DNA of 63,149 nucleotides, counting the filler, from Octopus bimaculoides (Eukaryota), in the NCBI RefSeq assembly GCF_001194135.2. It is 4 parts of 4 records of this genome, joined end to end, with 100 filler letters (N's around TTAATTAATTAA, not from the genome) between each part and the next. Parts side by side here need not be neighbours in the genome. Positions count along the whole stretch, not along the records: positions 25,975 to 43,236 come from NC_069005.1; 3 more parts are not named here. The stretch is one strand, 5' to 3'. Position numbers and translations under genes: made by a program. Shown here one piece after another: positions 26,159-39,123 of the stretch (position 1 is the first letter of the stretch; every line of letters starts with the position of its first letter). A model generated the notes under the pieces. The model had not been told where the DNA came from. It worked only from the letters and a program-made list of their open reading frames with translations, and searched no databases.

Positions 26159-27099
26159 TAATAATAATAAATGTCCTGATGCAGTACCAGGTAGTGGGTC
26201 TCATTGTTTCTGATCTTAACTGATTGGAAGTGTTATCATGTACATTGTTTTGTCTTGGTATAAAAGATGGGCTACAGCAAATATTCTGCTCAATGCCACA
26301 AATTTGCTTGTCAGGTCGAGTAGCCCATCCCTCTCAGAAGGTTCCTCGATAAGGTTCGTTTAAGGATAATGAAAGAAGCATCCGTGTTTCAGAGGTGAAT
26401 TATGCATAAATCGTCACCAGCCAATTGGAGCCCTGCCTCTCCATATCTCTATTAACACTCGACCATTGCGTCTTGGTTTTCATTTTTATTGGGTGACAAA
26501 ATGAAGTATCTCTCACTGTCGATGCAATAGGCTATATGCTTCTTTCTCTGAATGTGGGACCTTTTAGCTGTGTCTGTAATTAATTATATCAGTGCTCGTC
26601 CAGTAACCATCATGCAGACGGTTTTTACTCTATGTTATCGTTGTCGTTGTTGCTTAGCCCAGGTATGTCCTGATCCAATACTCATATGATTAAAGACGCT
26701 CTTATATGTGCTTCAAAGTGGAATTTCATCAGGAAGTACAAAGTTTCTTCCATGTCCAATTTCTCTCGGTGAATTCTAGTCTTCAATACAAGTAAATATT
26801 GCCAGAGATCTCAAGGGATGAAATAAACAACTGCACTACTCCTTCTCATATAGATACTGGTTTTAGCCACAAACATCGTTTTTTAAGCACTGTGAGTCAA
26901 GGACAACCTTTATCCAGGGTATCCTTCTTGTCTGTCTGTTAAAACGTTTCCTATGGCGATGGCTGGCAATGAAAGTCTATCACGATATTAGATTTAACGT
27001 GTGAACCATAGGATACTGCAGGAGGTCTTCATTGTCGTGATGGGGTTGCATGACAGTCGCAACCTAAAAATTAGCTACAGTTGTTCTGTGAACACCCTC

Positions 27100-27580
27100 A
27101 CCAACCAACAAAACCAGAAACGAAAAAACATGCATAAGCGACAAATCCTGCAATGCAGAAATCATAATTTATAAGGCAGAAGTCATATTTAGAAAATCCA
27201 ACCTAAAGATATCACGGAACTGCTACATAGACATCACGAAGGGGAGATTTTATAATCATACCTATTCTTTTAAACACAGAGAAAAAGGAGCACGATAAAA
27301 TTAGCCGACTACAACTGAATTTAAATGAGGGAACCTCAAATTAGGGCATTAATTAGAAGAAAAAAAGTCATAAAAAGATCAAAACCCTTCAAACATGGAA
27401 GTAAAAAGGGTAATCTATGCACTACACAGAAAACAAAAAAAAAATTCAAAAACCTTTATAACGAAGACATTTATTTAAACATCAGATCAGAGATTTTTGG
27501 AAAATACAGACACATTGAAAATCATCTGTTACAAACTTTGGAAACTCCACTTTTAACGAATTACAAACACACAAATGCAT
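27100..27580 (+). mobile_element. Decayed Penelope-like element, GIY-YIG endonuclease region
   Basis: Frames give C..SCNAEIIIYKAEV, YNHTYSFKHR and RSKPFKHGSKKGNLCTTQK, resembling the PLE motifs IYKATV, NHxxSF and PYxxGxKxCxLCxxEK. Multiple stops. Confidence 0.6.
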
Positions 27581-27859
27581 GGACGCCTGAAATTTCTTTA
27601 CTTGAGATTTTCTTTAGTTTTGCTCCCTTTCCACTTTCACCTTTCAGTATCTTTTATTCTTTACATGTTTCAGTCACTAGACTGCGACCATGCTGAGGTA
27701 TAACTTGAAGCATTTTTAGTCGAATGAATCGACCACAATACCTTTTTTAAAGTCTGGTACTTATGCCATCCGTCTCTTTCACCGAACCGCTAAGTTACGG
27801 GGACGTGAACACACCAGCACTGTTGTCAAGAGGTTGTGGTGAACACATACAGGTTCAAA

Positions 27860-27892
<33 letters not shown>

Positions 27893-28914
27893 CAGGCTTC
27901 TTTCAGTTTCCGTCTACCAAATTCACTCACATATCTTTGGCCGGTTCGAATGATGTTTTCATTCGTTCGGGTGGTCGATGGTCGCTCTTAACGAAGTTGA
28001 TCCTCAAGCGGTGGAAGTTACAAATGATCACGATATCTGGGACTATAAAAATCTTAAGATTTAAAGGATAATGGCTAAATCAAGATACTTTCATTGACAA
28101 CCATGTTACCAAATAGGTGGCCAGTCAAAATGAGAAAGAGAACATACATCGTCGAAACGCCGGTGTTAAAACGTGGGTGGCTGATGAAGGAGATGTTCTC
28201 TATGTGGCTCGTGTGTTCTCGTCTACGTTTGTTTGCAATGTCCTGTACCCAGATATGCACCTATACATACAGGTGGATGTCGGTATGCACATACCTGTAC
28301 GTATATATGCATATACTCATTTACTATTTATTTATATATATATATATNNNNNNNNNNNNNNNNNNNNNNNNNNNNNNNNNNNNNNNNNNNNNNNNNNNNN
28401 NNNNNNNNNNNNNNNNNNNNNNNNNNNNNNNNNNNNNNNNNNNNNNNNNNNNNNNNNNNNNNNNNNNNNNNNNNNNNNNNNNNNNNNNNNNNNNNNNNNN
28501 NNNNNNNNNNNNNNNNNNNNNNNNNNNNNNNNNNNNNNNNNNNNNNNNNNNNNNNNNNNNNNNNNNNNNNNNNNNNNNNNNNNNNNNNNNNNNNNNNNNN
28601 NNNNNNNNNNNNNNNNNNNNNNNNNNNNNNNNNNNNNNNNNNNNNNNNNNNNNNNNNNNNNNNNNNNNNNNNNNNNNNNNNNNNNNNNNNNNNNNNNNNN
28701 NNNNNNNNNNNNNNNNNNNNNNNNNNNNNNNNNNNNNNNNNNNNNNNNNNNNNNNNNNNNNNNNNNNNNNNNNNNNNNNNNNNNNNNNNNNNNNNNNNNN
28801 NNNNNNNNGTGTAGGTATATGCATGTATGTGTGTGTGGGTGTGTGTATATATGTATATATATATATATATATATTTGTCTGTGTTAACATATGTGCATAT
28901 ACGTGTGCATGTAC

Positions 28915-28963
<49 letters not shown>

Positions 28964-29074
28964 ATTCTAGATGCGCGTGTATATGTACGGTAGTTCCTTC
29001 GTGATATGAAAATAGCCGAAGCTAGAAGCTGAACTGAACTGTGTTTACAAAGAAAAGATACTTAAGCAAAAGGG

Positions 29075-29164
29075 GTGAAGTAGGAGAAGATGAAGCAGGA
29101 GGAGGTGAAGCAGGAGGAGGTGAAGCAGGACGGGGTGAAGCAGGAGGAGGTAAAGCAGGAAGCA
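29075..29164 (+). repeat. 15-bp minisatellite (gtgaagcaggaggag) x6
   Basis: Six tandem imperfect 15-mers. Confidence 0.85.
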
Positions 29165-30084
29165 GAACTTCAAGTAAGAAGCTTTTTTAGTGTAGAAGAC
29201 ATGTATTTTAGAGGGATATCATATAACAATGGTGTATCGCATGCTATATCATGTGAGTATGTGATAGTACTGGTATGACAGTTCGGTATCATATTCCAGT
29301 GCCTAATATCAAATGTTCTGTGATATCGCAAGATTCATCAGATCAGTAATTCTTATATGGAGGAGAAATTTCAGAATTTTAGGTGGAAATTTGTGGATTC
29401 CAGTTAGAAAATCGTTTCTTTCAGCTATGGCACCATCTCCATGCATAGCATTAACTAAAATTAACTAGAAAAAAAAACAACAAAAAACAAAAAACAAAAC
29501 GGATTCCAAAATGATTCAAAAATAGAATTCTCGACAAAAATAAATTCCAAAATTTAAAAACGCAATAAATCCCAAAATTAAAAAAAAACGGCGGGAACTT
29601 AGTTGCCAACCCAATATANNNNNNNNNNNNNNNNNNNNNNNNNNNNNNNNNNNNNNNNNNNNNNNNNNNNNNNNNNNNNNNNNNNNNNNNNNNNNNNNNN
29701 NNNNNNNNNNNNNNNNNNNNNNNNNNNNNNNNNNNNNNNNNNNNNNNNNNNNNNNNNNNNNNNNNNNNNNNNNNNNNNNNNNNNNNNNNNNNNNNNNNNN
29801 NNNNNNNNNNNNNNNNNNNNNNNNNNNNNNNNNNNNNNNNNNNNNNNNNNNNNNNNNNNNNNNNNNNNNNNNNNNNNNNNNNNNNNNNNNNNNNNNNNNN
29901 NNNNNNNNNNNNNNNNNNNNNNNNNNNNNNNNNNNNNNNNNNNNNNNNNNNNNNNNNNNNNNNNNNNNNNNNNNNNNNNNNNNNNNNNNNNNNNNNNNNN
30001 NNNNNNNNNNNNNNNNNNNNNNNNNNNNNNNNNNNNNNNNNNNNNNNNNNNNNNNNNNNNNNNNNNNNNNNNNNNNNNNNNNNC

Positions 30085-30304
30085 ACAACTTTCTCTCACT
30101 CTTTCTTCCTATTTCTGTTCTACCTGTATTTCAAAGGGCCAGCCTTGTCACATTCTGTGTCACGCCGAATCTCCCCCGAGAACTACGTTAAGGGTACACG
30201 TGTCTGTGGAGTGCTCAGCCACTTGCACGTTAATTTCACGAGCAGGCTATTCCGTTGATCGGATCAACTGGAACCCTCGTCGTCGTAACCGACGGAGTGC
30301 CAAC
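30085..30304 (+). mobile_element. SINE family C, 3' portion (5' part lost in gap)
   Basis: caactttctctcactc...cgtcgtcgtaaccgacggagtgccaac. Confidence 0.8.
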
Positions 30305-31147
30305 CAATGAAGCAGATAAAAATCGTTCAAAGAAGTCTTGCTTCAGTCTATGCAGGGCATCCAAAAGAAATTAAGCATGGGGGGAACAAGTCCGCATTTG
30401 GTCTGTGAAAGAGTGAAGGCAGCTCTCAAAATTTAAGGATGCTCTGAAGTTTTATTTTAAGGCGAGGGCCACTTTTTACTTTTGTTTGTTGAGATTGTAT
30501 TTTGAGATGATTCTAAATATGCAGGGTTTATGATTTATTTAATGTTACTCCAACATAAAGGCTAAAAGTTAAAAAATCATATAGAAAATATTTTTCTACC
30601 TTCTCAAACAACTTTTTTTTTATTCTTAAATCATTCCTTTATTGTTGATAGTCACGGGGGTCACTCTTGAATTTTTCGGGCCCCACTTTTTATAGGACTT
30701 GCAGTTTTAGCTTAACTCCCCCATTCACCTGAATGGAATATTACAAACGACCTCTTTGCATGGCTTGAAAAAGAAAAAAGAGTATTGATAATAATCTTTT
30801 CTATTATAGGCATAAGGTTTCAAATTTTGTGGGGGAGGCATAGTCGATAATATCGACCCCAGTGCTTAGCTGGCACTTATTTCATCAACCCCGAAAAGAT
30901 GAAAGGAATTTGAGCTCAGAACGTAAATACAGACGAAACACTGCAGGGCATTTTGCCCGGCGTGCTAACGATTCTGCCAGCACGCCACCTTTCCACTACC
31001 AGAAAGCCTGGTTCTTAATTCTATCGGTCTCTTTTGTTGATCAGTTACGGGAAAATAAACATACACCGCTTGTATATGTATACTTGCAAAATGAGAGGAA
31101 GCAAAAGGTGGAAACTTTCAGATAATGAGTAGATATACAGATATTTA

Positions 31148-31256
31148 TATTATAGATGTTTTCGATCTAGTTTGGATTCTTTGCCATCAAATTTGATTGT
31201 AAGGAATTCAAATTTGATGGCAAAGAATCCAAACTAGATCGGAAACATCTATAATA
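31148..31256. repeat. 49-bp inverted repeat with 11-nt loop
   Basis: Arms 31148-31196 and 31208-31256 pair at 48/49 positions; the single mismatch is a G-U pair on the + strand transcript. Confidence 0.95.
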
Positions 31257-31574
31257 GGTCCAACTTAAAAAGTACAAACGACAGAGAAAATTAAAAGGGT
31301 GGAAGAAAGGTATTATAAGTCCAACAGCAGCCTCTGGGGGCTCGGGGATCCGTAATAATGTTGGTAGATTTAGTACTTCCATACGACAGCTTTGTGTGAT
31401 GTACTAAATATACCAGTATTATTATGGAACGACGACAATGGTTCTGGGCTTTAATGGTCTTGGGTAACATTGGTGCAGCGAGAAGAGAAATAATAGGCGG
31501 ATAATATACACTTATATATATATAAACATGTGTTTGTGTATGTGTGTGTGAGTGTGTGTGCGCTTGTGTGTTTA

Positions 31575-31746
31575 TGTGTGTGTGTGGGGGGGGATGGTTG
31601 GACGGAATTTTGTATGTATATAGATATATATATATGCGTATCCGTGTGTATGTAAATGTATGAATGTGTGTTTAAACGCATGTACGTACGTGTATATATG
31701 TACGTATACACACATACACTTATATATATTTATATATATAAGTGTA

Positions 31747-31778
<32 letters not shown>

Positions 31779-31940
31779 TGTGTGTGGGGGGATGGTTGGA
31801 CGGAATTTTGTATGTATATAGATATATATATATGCGTATCCGTGTGTATGTAAATGTATGAATGTATGTTTAAACGCATGTACGTACGTGTATATATGTA
31901 CGTATACACACATACACTTATATATATTTATATATATTAT
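31575..31940. repeat. Near-perfect ~200-bp tandem duplication
   Basis: ggggatggttggacggaattttgtatg...tacacacatacacttatatatattta is present twice, ~200 bp apart. Confidence 0.85.
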
Positions 31941-34483
31941 CGTGTGTGTGTGTGTGTGTGTGTGTGATTATATCAGCCTGCACTGATAACTAGTGAAGCA
32001 CTCCTGACCGAGTTACCTTACTTTACATTAATATTTCTCTATTTTTGTATCTGACCAGAACAATGAAATAATTACTCGACAAAATCTTGAGGTCAACGAA
32101 ATCGATTAAAACTCCCTCGAATGTGGTGTCCCAGTATGGCCACAATCAAGTGACTGAAACTAGTATGAGAAGATTAAAAATACACACGCATGCATACGCA
32201 CAATCTCACACACATAAATACACACAAATATAATATCTCGTTTTATTTCGCTATTAATCTAATCTATGCAAGACATACGGACTAAGAACACACTCCCCTA
32301 CCACTTTCTTCCTTCCTCTGAGCTCTGATTAACTTCGTTAGAATCTTCGATTCGGAATTGACGATAACAATCGCCAATAGAACCGAACATTCCAGATAGA
32401 ATGTTAATAGCCATACAACATCCACTAATCACACACACACACACACACATACACCAAACAAAACACACAACTATCACTATCGTCTGCTCGCATATTTCTC
32501 TCGCATTTTTATTTTTTTCAAATGCAGCCTTTAAAGAAAGAAAGAAATATCTGACAAAAAAAAAAAATAAAATGAAGGAAGTGACCATTTTATTTACCTT
32601 TTCTTACAGCATTCCATCTCGTTACTACAATCTAACCGTCACTCCAGAGATTTCTCTCATTAAAACTAATATTACCGCCGTCATATTGTATTCTGTGAAC
32701 ATTGCAAGATTTCACGTTTTTCTTTCCTTCTTGTCACGTTTTTCTCCCTCTAACCAACTCTCTATTTCTTTCGTGTGACCAAGAGTCAGGTTAATAACGT
32801 TATATTTAATGCGGCGATGGTAAAATNNNNNNNNNNNNNNNNNNNNNNNNNNNNNNNNNNNNNNNNNNNNNNNNNNNNNNNNNNNNNNNNNNNNNNNNNN
32901 NNNNNNNNNNNNNNNNNNNNNNNNNNNNNNNNNNNNNNNNNNNNNNNNNNNNNNNNNNNNNNNNNNNNNNNNNNNNNNNNNNNNNNNNNNNNNNNNNNNN
33001 NNNNNNNNNNNNNNNNNNNNNNNNNNNNNNNNNNNNNNNNNNNNNNNNNNNNNNNNNNNNNNNNNNNNNNNNNNNNNNNNNNNNNNNNNNNNNNNNNNNN
33101 NNNNNNNNNNNNNNNNNNNNNNNNNNNNNNNNNNNNNNNNNNNNNNNNNNNNNNNNNNNNNNNNNNNNNNNNNNNNNNNNNNNNNNNNNNNNNNNNNNNN
33201 NNNNNNNNNNNNNNNNNNNNNNNNNNNNNNNNNNNNNNNNNNNNNNNNNNNNNNNNNNNNNNNNNNNNNNNNNNNNNNNNNNNNNNNNNNNNNNNNNNNN
33301 NNNNNNNNNNNNNNNNNNNNNNNNNNNNNNNNNNNNNNNNNNNNNNNNNNNNNNNNNNNNNNNNNNNNNNNNNNNNNNNNNNNNNNNNNNNNNNNNNNNN
33401 TACATGTGTATACGACGGGCTTCTTTCAGTTTCCGTCTACCAAATCTACTCACTAGGCTTTGGTCGGCCCGTGGCTATAGTAGAAGACACTTGCCCAAGG
33501 TGTCATGCAGTAGGACTGAACCCGGAACCATGTGTGTTTGTCCCCAGCATTGTTTGACAATCGGTGCTGATTTATTTACATCCCAGTAACCTAGCGGTTC
33601 GGCAAAAAAAAGATTACTTAAAAATCAGTACTGAGGTAGATTTGTTCGACTAAACCCTTCATGATCGTACTCCAACATGGCCGCAGTCAAATGACTGAAA
33701 TACATTTTATAATATGAAAAGAACAAAACGTTACCTCACCGACTAATCTTGTTTCAATCTGATTTTGGCCAGCAAGGGCAACAAACTCTAGTTATATTTC
33801 GTGCTTAGTAAACCTCATCAACGAGGCAAAGCCTTCTTCAAAATTTCTCTCAGTCACTGACAACTATTTCATGTCGTCTTTAAGAAATCTCATAGAATTT
33901 AACCGACTACGCTTATATTTTGGGCTGCTTCAATGCAGTTTAGTTTCTTTTTTCTTTCCTTTGATTTTTTTTTATAGTTTATTTCTAGTATTAACTAACG
34001 GCTTTTCAACTGTCGCTTAACTTAATCTCTTATCTTTTCTCTCTCTCTCTCTCTCCTATGATTACTGTAACAATTCAGATCGAAGCAACATTATACTTTC
34101 CTCTTTAAGCTCTCTCTCTCTCTCTTCCTCCCTTCCCCCTCCCTGTCTGCCTCTCTTTCCATTCCTCTCTTTGCACTCCCCCTCTCTCTGTGTCTCTCTC
34201 GTTAGACTAATGCTATCTGGAGTATAACATTTTGTGTGGTCCTTCAAAATCTCATAGAGAGTGTAACAGACCACATCTGTACATCCCGTTGCTGCAATAT
34301 TTTACTTTCTTCCCTTCCTTCTTTCTTTCTTTTCCTCTTTTTTTCTCTCTTTTTTTTTTGATTCTACATTTTTTCTTTTTTTTTCTGAGGAAGGAGGTTG
34401 TTATTTCTAAGAACTTTTACTGTTTTCAACCGAGGCTTAACATAAACTCCCATCTTAATCGCGCACATATACGTATGTATGTG

Positions 34484-34518
<35 letters not shown>

Positions 34519-34741
34519 CTGTGTGTGCATATATATATGTGTATATCTATATATNNNNNNNNNNNNNNNNNNNNNNNNNNNNNNNNNNNNNNNNNNNNNN
34601 NNNNNNNNNNNNNNNNNNNNNNNNNNNNNNNNNNNNNNNNNNNNNNNNNNNNNNNNNNNNNNNNNNNNNNNNNNNNNNNNNNNNNNNNNNNNNNNNNNNN
34701 NNNNNNNNNNNNNNNNNNNNNNNNNNNNNNNNNNNNNNNNN

Positions 34742-34781
<40 letters not shown>

Positions 34782-34832
34782 GATATATATACATGTATGT
34801 ATATATACATACATGCACATTCATATCTATAT

Positions 34833-34863
<31 letters not shown>

Positions 34864-35327
34864 TATATATATCAATATGCATACATAGGGTATTCATATT
34901 TACATATATATACATGTATGTGTGTGTGTATGTGTGTGTGTATGTGTGTGTGTGTATGTGTGTGTGTGTGTATGTACGTATGCAACGTCCTTATTCTATC
35001 AATCGATTTTCTTTCTTATTCCTGCATCTCCTTCGATTCTATTGGTTTGTTCTCAAGATAAATCTACCCCCCCCCTCATTCTCAATCCTCCAATGATTAC
35101 TACAACGATATATTTTAATGGATCATTCCATATCGTTTGATATCTGTCTCATCAATTTCTTTGGCTTGTTTGCCATTACATGAAATGGATGAAAGTAAAA
35201 AAAAAAAGAAAGAGAAGATACGTAAAGGACACATATCTGTGTACAGATATGTGTATGTATGTATGTATGTATGTATGTATGTATGTATGTATGTATGTAT
35301 ATATAAATATATATATATATATATACG

Positions 35328-35358
<31 letters not shown>

Positions 35359-35505
35359 GCATGTATGTTCGTATGTGTGTACTTATGTATGTATGCATGT
35401 ATGTGTTCATGTATGTATGTAACTTTATACTTATATGTACACGCTCAAGCATATACATTCATACATAGACACATAAAGATATATATGTGTATGTGTGCGT
35501 GTATG

Positions 35506-35546
<41 letters not shown>

Positions 35547-35618
35547 ATATATATGTATATATATATAAATACATATACACATACATACATGCATATATAC
35601 AAATATATATATATACAT

Positions 35619-35673
<55 letters not shown>

Positions 35674-35786
35674 TATACACACACACGTATATATATATAT
35701 ATATATATATATACACGCACACACACACGTGCACGCATATTATGTATAAAGGTAATTACGTAAGTATGTGTGTGTGATTACCACAT

Positions 35787-35822
<36 letters not shown>

Positions 35823-36365
35823 TCACGTATACTTATACACACATTCAAAGAGACACACATTTGAAAGGCTGGTTATAAACCAGATGACTCCCTCAAATAA
35901 AGTACTGAAGACAGGGCTAGAGATCAAGAACAATATAGACTGTATTAAATTTTAAATAATTCGTCACAGATGGCAACGTGTTTCGCTCTGAAGAAGCTTA
36001 TCAAACGAATGGTTCAGCTGATACCATTTATTGTTTAAAATGCGAGGGTCTATTTGAAGAATGGGCATTTTCTGAAACTAGATACGGTAGATAAAAGGAT
36101 GAAGGTAAGGGAAACTGTGATGAGAAATCTAAAGATGGATTTTTACCCAGAGCCAAAGTATTGATAGAACTATAATTACTTAGAAAGAGACAGAATTTCA
36201 CGATATAAAGAACTATGGGATAATGCAGAACTGGGGTGAGCGAATTAGTGGCAATCTCTGAAAGGAGGTGAACACACACGAAAATAGGTTTACTTAAGTA
36301 AATGGTGATAGTGGTGGGGTTATATATGATATTACAAGAAAAAAATAAAATTTATTTACCAAATA

Positions 36366-36816
36366 GGCACAGAAGTGGCTGTGCGGTAAGTAGCTTGCTT
36401 ACCAACCACATGGTTCCGGGTTCAGTCCCACTGCGTGGCATCTTGGGCAAGTGTCTTCTACTATAGNNNNNNNNNNACTGCGTGGCATCTTGGGCAAGTG
36501 TCTTCTACTATAGCCTCGGGCCAACCAAAGCCTTGTGAGTGGATTTGGTAGATGGAAATTGAAAGAATCCCGTCGTATATATGTATATATATATGTATGT
36601 ATATGTTTGTGTGTCTGTATTTGTCCCCCCAACATCGCTTGACAACCGATGCTGGTGTGTTTATGTCCCCGTAACTTTGCGGTTCGGCAACAGAGACCGA
36701 TAGAATAAGTACTAGGCTAACAAAGAATAAGTCCTGGGGTCGATTTGCTCGACTAAAGGCGGTGCTCCAGCATGGCCGCAGTCAAATGACTGAAACAAGT
36801 GAATGAGTAAAAGAGT
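36366..36816 (+). mobile_element. SINE family A, well-preserved full copy
   Basis: gtggctgtgcggtaagtagcttgcttaccaaccacatggttccgggttcagtccc...gcatggccgcagtcaaatgactgaaacaag. A 10-N gap duplicates ~30 bp. Confidence 0.88.
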
Positions 36817-37061
36817 AAATAACTAACTACGATCTGGAGTTTAAACATTAATTATTGGTTTCTAATTTTGGTACAAGGCCAGCAGGTCCAGGAGAGGAAC
36901 TAAGTTAATCAAATCGATCCCAGTGTTCAACTGGTACTTAATTTTATCGAACTCCGAAAGGATTAAAAGCAATGTTGACCCCAATGGGATTTGAACTAAG
37001 AACATGAAGACAGTGTACATGTCGCAAAGCATTTTGCCTGGAGTGCTAACGATTTTTATTT

Positions 37062-37277
37062 CTTTATTCACCACAAGGGGCTAAACATAGAGGGGACAAA
37101 CAAGGACAGACAAACGGATTAAGTTGATTACATCGATCCCAGTGCGTAATTTATCGACCCCGAAAGGATGAAAGGCAAAGTCGACCTTGGCGGAATTTGA
37201 ACTCAGACCGTAACGGCAGACGAAATACCGCTAAGCATTTCGCCCGGAATGCTAACGTTTCTGCCAGCTCGCTGCCT
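37062..37277 (-). mobile_element. SINE family B
   Basis: Same sequence as 6312-6540. Further B copies at 17680-17827, 30815-30990, 38380-38590, 41705-41893, 50726-50945, 54515-54650 and 55709-55920. Confidence 0.85.
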
Positions 37278-39075
37278 TAGTTCAGACATTAATTATTAAA
37301 AGTCGTAAGTAACCAAGAAGAGAAACGAACCAAGAGAAAAGTAACCAAGGAGAGAAAAGAAAGGAAGAGAGACTAAAAAGAACTCAGATGACGGTGTGAG
37401 GTAAAGAAGACGGAGGGGGAAAGATGATAACCTAGGGATCAGATATCTGCCGGTTACGTGGGTGGGTCAGGGGAGATGAGTTAAGTTGGTGCTAACAGCA
37501 AAAGGAATTGAACATTTTAAGAAAATGAAAATTTAAGCAAAAGAAACTGCCAGGTAAGGCTAAAATGGTAAGGTATGTCGTGGAACTAATGGGTATGTAG
37601 TGGAAACTGCCAGTTAATGGCTTTATAATAGGAATTATACGTTATCAATGAATTAAAGCTTAGAATATTTCTCCAGAGAGAAAGAAATGATACAGTAAAC
37701 ATATGCAAACGAAAGGTCATTAAATATAATTTATTAAAGATAATTAACAATGGAAAATGAGTGAAACTAATTAAGAAGTTCTGAAAGAAAAAGATTGTTA
37801 AATAATATATTGAAAACTCAAATAATACAGAACAATATGAGGGTGGAAAAGTACAGAAATAATAAAGGACAAATCAAATATGGTTGTTGTAAGTAAAGTA
37901 CGTAATAGCTAATTAGCGGGGTTGGGGAAAAAATAGGGAGTTTTATGAACTTTACTTACTGCGTGTAGAGGAAGGGACAGTTTCTATATCTCCTGTAGGT
38001 CCTCGTAGATTGGTGAGATTGATGCCAGTAATGTTCCATGTCAACCTTTATAAGTCAACATTTGCGAGAAAGACATGAAAAACATTCTAGAAGGCCAAGG
38101 TTCTGAGGAAGAATAACTTGACAGAGTGATTAGTGCAATGTCTTAGGGGTGGATTTGGAGACAGCAAGGGGGGATAAAAGGAGGAGAGGAAAGTGTAACG
38201 GGAGAGCCTGAGTGGACAGGATACGAGACCAACCAGCTCTGAGAAGTAGACACTGTTATAGTAGTGGGACAAAAGTCGTGTCCCCAGTATCTCCAAGAAA
38301 TTTGTTATACATCAACAATTCATAAAATATTTTAACAATTTTTTAAATACAATTTCTAATAATATTTAGTTATAAAAACAGCGGTGGAGCTGGCAGAATC
38401 GTAGGCGCGCCGAGCAAAGTGCTTAGCGGCATATCGTCCGTCTTTTCGTTCTAAGTTCAAATTCTGCTGGGATTGGCTTTGCCATCCTTTCGGGGTCGAT
38501 AAAATGAGTACCAGTTGAGCACTGGAGTCGAAGTAATCGTCTTAACCCCGCCCCCGAAATTACTGGCATTGTGCCAAAATTTGAAGCCCAAATCTAATCA
38601 TAAAAATATATGGTTTTTTAAAACCTGGAATGGCTAGGAGGGTTCATGAGAGTAACATAAGAATCAAAGGGTTCCATAGGTAAAAAAATGGTTGAGAAAC
38701 ACTGGTCTTGACGGACTCTAGAAAGGTGTGGCTGTGTGGTAAGAAGCTTGCTTCCCTACCACATGAATCTGGGTTCAGTCGCACTGCGTGATACCTTGGG
38801 CAAGTCTACTCTAGCCTACCAAAGCCTTTTGAGTGAATTTGGTAGATAGAAACTGAAAGGAGCCCATTTTATTCTTTTATTTCTTTCAGTCATTTGACTG
38901 TGGCCAAGCTGGAGCACTTTGTAAACCTAGTACTTATTCTATCGGTGTCTTTTGCTGAACCGCTAGGTTACGGGGACGTAAACACACCAGTATCGGTTGT
39001 CAAGCGATGTTGGGTGACAAACACAGCCACACAAACATATGCACACACGTATATACATACACACACACACACACT

Positions 39076-39123
<48 letters not shown>

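Noticed and set aside
28117-28292. Exon-like frame VASQNEKENIHRRNAGVKTW...
   Set aside because: Weak polypyrimidine tract, phase incompatible with the upstream candidate exon, no recognisable homology.
31575-31940. Tandem duplication as a functional element
   Set aside because: Near-identical, microsatellite-bounded copies could be slippage or misassembly; no other structure.
34426-35955. Many HTHT/YIYI/CVCV ORFs
   Set aside because: Translations of (CA)n, (TA)n and (TG)n microsatellites.
35965-36020. Hammerhead-like GAAACACGT with TTGATAA on the minus strand
   Set aside because: Two core mismatches and no stem I pairing.
36420-36520. Short direct duplication across a 10-N gap
   Set aside because: Unmerged contig overlap within a SINE.
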